From: Acanthopagrus schlegelii
Taxonomy: Eukaryota
Length of the DNA stretch: 64,000 bases
Direction of reading: 5' to 3'
Assembly (NCBI GenBank): GCA_041753875.1
Contig: CM085492.1
Span: 12,319,563 to 12,383,562, forward strand
The notes beneath the pieces are model-generated. The model was not told the origin of the DNA. It saw only the letters and a program-made list of their open reading frames with translations, and ran no database searches. Below, in pieces: positions 60,955-64,000 of this stretch (its first letter is position 1; each line of letters opens with the position of its first letter). Both the position numbers and the translations under genes were made by a program.

Positions 60955-61200
60955 AATCGAGCTTGTGACTGGGAGGGCTGCCGGTTCAACCCCCAGACCG
61001 GCAGGATAAATCTGGATGGGGAAAGTGAAAGGCAGCGCTTGCTCCACCTTTATTACCACTACTGAATTGCCCTTGAGCAAGGCCCTGAACCCTGACTGTT
61101 CCAGTGGAGCCTCTCAGTGGCCAACAGATCAGACTGTGGTTGAGCTGGTGTCAATGTGTAAATCTGAGTTCTTAACCAGCCTGTAAATTGTCAACAAGTG
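60955..61200 (+). mobile_element. tRNA-derived SINE (probably 5'-truncated), with a B-box-like ggttcaacccc and a teleost SINE body (ttgcccttgagcaaggccctgaaccctgactg).
   Basis: gggagggctgccggttcaacccccagaccggcagg resembles a tRNA T-arm/B box, and the downstream motif is typical of fish SINE families. Confidence 0.5.
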
Positions 61201-64000
61201 AAAAATTGCTCATAAATGTCTTATAAAATAGCAATAAACGTTTTTACAATGCTATTATTAACACTAACATAGGCTTATTAATCCTAATAAGAAATCTATC
61301 AGCATCTTATGAGGACGTATAAGGGCCTTAATAAAAAACATTACCAATAATAATAACTAAGAGAAAGAATAACTGTATTGCTGTTGCAGAACAGAAGTAA
61401 CAGCGTGTTGCAAATCTCCTTCTGCTGAAAATATCTGTTGGAAATGACTTTCAGCGGCCACGTTATGAGCTTATCTTGTCTTGCTTCCTGAGTAATATGA
61501 TCAGATGGTGATGATGGGCCCGCAGTTGATCCTCTCTCTGTGGCTGTTTCTGAAATGGAACAATGCTGCTTCATTTGTCAGCAAGACAAGACTGTGATGA
61601 TAGTAGTTTACAAGATGTGGCATATACTGATATTCAGGGTTGGGAGGGTTACTTTGAAAATGTATTCTGATACAGTTACTAATTACCTGTTAAAACATCA
61701 GACAGTAAAGTGTTAAAAATATCACAATATGAAAGTAATGTTACTTGATTACTTTCAGTTACTTTTGACTTACCTCAATAACAAATGATATACAAATAAA
61801 GACCAGTGAGAAATATCAATAAAATGACTTTTAATTTATCTTAACTATGTATTTGGTTTTTACCCGAGTGATGAGAGAGACTTGTGAAGTCATGTTCATG
61901 TGTTCACATTAGGGGCAGGCTGATTATAAACCTGGCCTAATATTCTTTTTCTGTCAGATTGCAGATAAAAGACACTGCAAAATTTCAAAATTGCCGCTAA
62001 AAACAGACTTTGGTGCCTTGCACCCTTAATTCCTGTCAGTACTTAACACTTGTCTGTTAGTTGTGTTAAATAAATTCTGCCATGACATCACACTGAGGAG
62101 TTCACCATGAAGAGCTGGAAAGTGTCATTGATGTAGTCCTGCTTGATCTTTTGGCAAAAATACTGATGTTACACCAAATGTGGTCTATAAAAACCTGCAA
62201 AACATAATCTGTTTTCACCAGCTAAGGTTTCTCAGACCAAACACCACCCAAAATTTGTTTGGAAAGACACATTGGAGTCAGTCCGTACCCACCACACCAG
62301 ACGCCCTCCATCACAGAAGAGTTTTAACAGGCGTCTTGTGAAGCTGCTCCTATTTCAAGACGCTGGCAGGCTGGGGGAGTCCAAGTTGAGTCCATAGGCT
62401 GCTGCCGCCGCCGCTACTGGCCCTGCTGTATCTGGTTCACGGGCTCTGCTCACACTGTCTTGCGGTTTGGACTCAGCCACTGTCATTTCACTGGAATTTC
62501 CTGCCATCTGTGCTCAGTCAAAGTTTCTCACAGATCCACACCTGCTTGTAAATGTTTAGGTTTTAGCCCAGGAGGAGAGGACGGAGGGATAGGTGAGCAT
62601 GATGGAGGAAGAGCAAGAAGATCCACACCCGCCTTCTGGCTCCAGTTTAGAAGTTATAAAATGTAAAGCAGTTTGCAGACAGAATGATGAGACAGAATGA
62701 TGAGACAGCGTATTTCGACCCCAACCTAATAAAATAACTGAAACCTATTCACATTTCCAGAAAGTTATATCCTGTATCTTCATTACTATGTTTATTACTT
62801 ATCAATGGTGGAGGAAGTTTTCACATCTTTTGGCAAAACGACAATGTTGAAATACTGTGTTAAAAAAAACAAAAAACTTAATGAGTATTTAGTGCTACAT
62901 TTTGGAAGCTTTTTCGTTTTATTGCTGATAGTTGAGAATATTACAACTCTAATATCTGTAATGTAAACATGAAGCATGAACAACAGATTAGCATATCTTA
63001 GTGTAAAGAGTTGAAACTGTGGGAAACAGGTAACTTCATAGGTGTCCTCCAACACCTGTTCAGGCTCACTTATCAACATGTTGTATCTTGTTTGTTTGAG
63101 AAATACAGAAAACAAGATGAAAAACCTCCATAAGTAAACAATGTATCTGTCAATTCACAAACTGTGTAATTGCACAATACTTCTCTTAGTGTTGATTGTC
63201 ACCAATTATATCTAAGTGAAATCTCATTACAGTATTAACATTTTCAATTATAAGAAACTGTATATTGTATGTTTATGTGGAAGAAAAATCAATTTCTGTT
63301 AAATAAAAAAAACATTTTATGGTACATCACATTTACAGTTTTTCTGTGTGATTTAAAAGATAAAGGGGAAAATCTGTGAAAAATTACAGAAACCACTCCT
63401 GAAAACACTACTGACAATGTTGTCAACAGCTGTGTTCCCTCCTATTGTATTCTGTCTCACTCCTCTCTTTCTTTTCTCTGTTGTTAACCTGACTTTTATT
63501 TTTTTGTAATGACATGATTGCTTTAAAGTTCCTCATTATAAACTTGTTGTCAGTGTACAGGTGGACAAAACCTTATGCACCTTTCAGAGAGCCTCTAATA
63601 TTGTTTTGGATACATAAAATATTCTGCCAAACTATCTATTCAGCCAACAGTTACAGTTATATGTTGTCAAGTAAAAAATGCTAAATGTCAGAATTACAGA
63701 TAAAATAATCTTTTTTGCTTTCTACAGTGTAACATATCATAAAGTGAGCTTCAGAGGTTCACTGTTTCTCTCTATTTACAAGAGTGCTTTTAATTTGTAA
63801 AAGCAGAAAAGTTTAAACCTCAATAAAATTTAGCTTTAAAGTGGCAACAGAAAACTTTACCACCGCCTAGCGTTTCCCATTGGCATTATCGTTGGTGGCA
63901 GTGTTTTCATTCAATCATTTAGCCTATAAAGGAGAACAAAAAAAGTACATAGACATGGTGGCAAGCTGCCAGCTTGTTCGGATCACCAGCTATCCTTTCT

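Overview
The window is vertebrate, most likely teleost fish: it has GT-AG introns, (CA)n/(GT)n/(AAT)n microsatellites, a tRNA-derived SINE and an hnRNP C orthologue. No prokaryotic features (operons, CRISPR, rRNA/tRNA genes) are present. Gene content, 5' to 3' on the + strand: (1) the last coding exon (3..257) of an apolipoprotein-L (ApoL)-like gene; (2) a very large + strand gene (CDS ~7084..26222, ~48 coding exons, ~1680 aa) whose last two exons encode an unmistakable ApoL domain; (3) a small + strand gene (CDS 33447..38188, 6 coding exons) encoding a signal peptide, a DOMON-type domain and a C-terminal hydrophobic (GPI/TM-like) tail; (4) hnrnpc on the - strand (CDS 43348..40233, 7 coding exons; 5' UTR exon ending ~47749; ~4.4 kb intron 1); (5) a CpG island at ~52840..53005 with a possible orphan first exon. 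The rest is intron or intergenic sequence with simple repeats, a recent 452-bp tandem duplication, a MITE-like dispersed repeat and a SINE. The most unusual feature is gene (2). Its N-terminal ~950 aa is encoded entirely by 44 consecutive phase-0 micro-exons of 27-105 nt. Within these, 13-14 canonical plus several degenerate copies of a two-exon unit alternate: exon A ~(D/E)xxxKELSASNDSLSENNTK and exon B ~EKGG(I/L)FSG(M/I)FKK(S/T)PKPAEAAxxxE. Exon sequences are conserved while the intervening introns are not. The ApoL domain is followed by a ~430-aa E/K-rich then R/S/D/E/H-rich tail, which is atypical for ApoL proteins. Exon coordinates were anchored to the supplied ORF track where possible and are accurate to about +/-2 bp; a few repeat exons could not be anchored. 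No homology search or RNA evidence was available.
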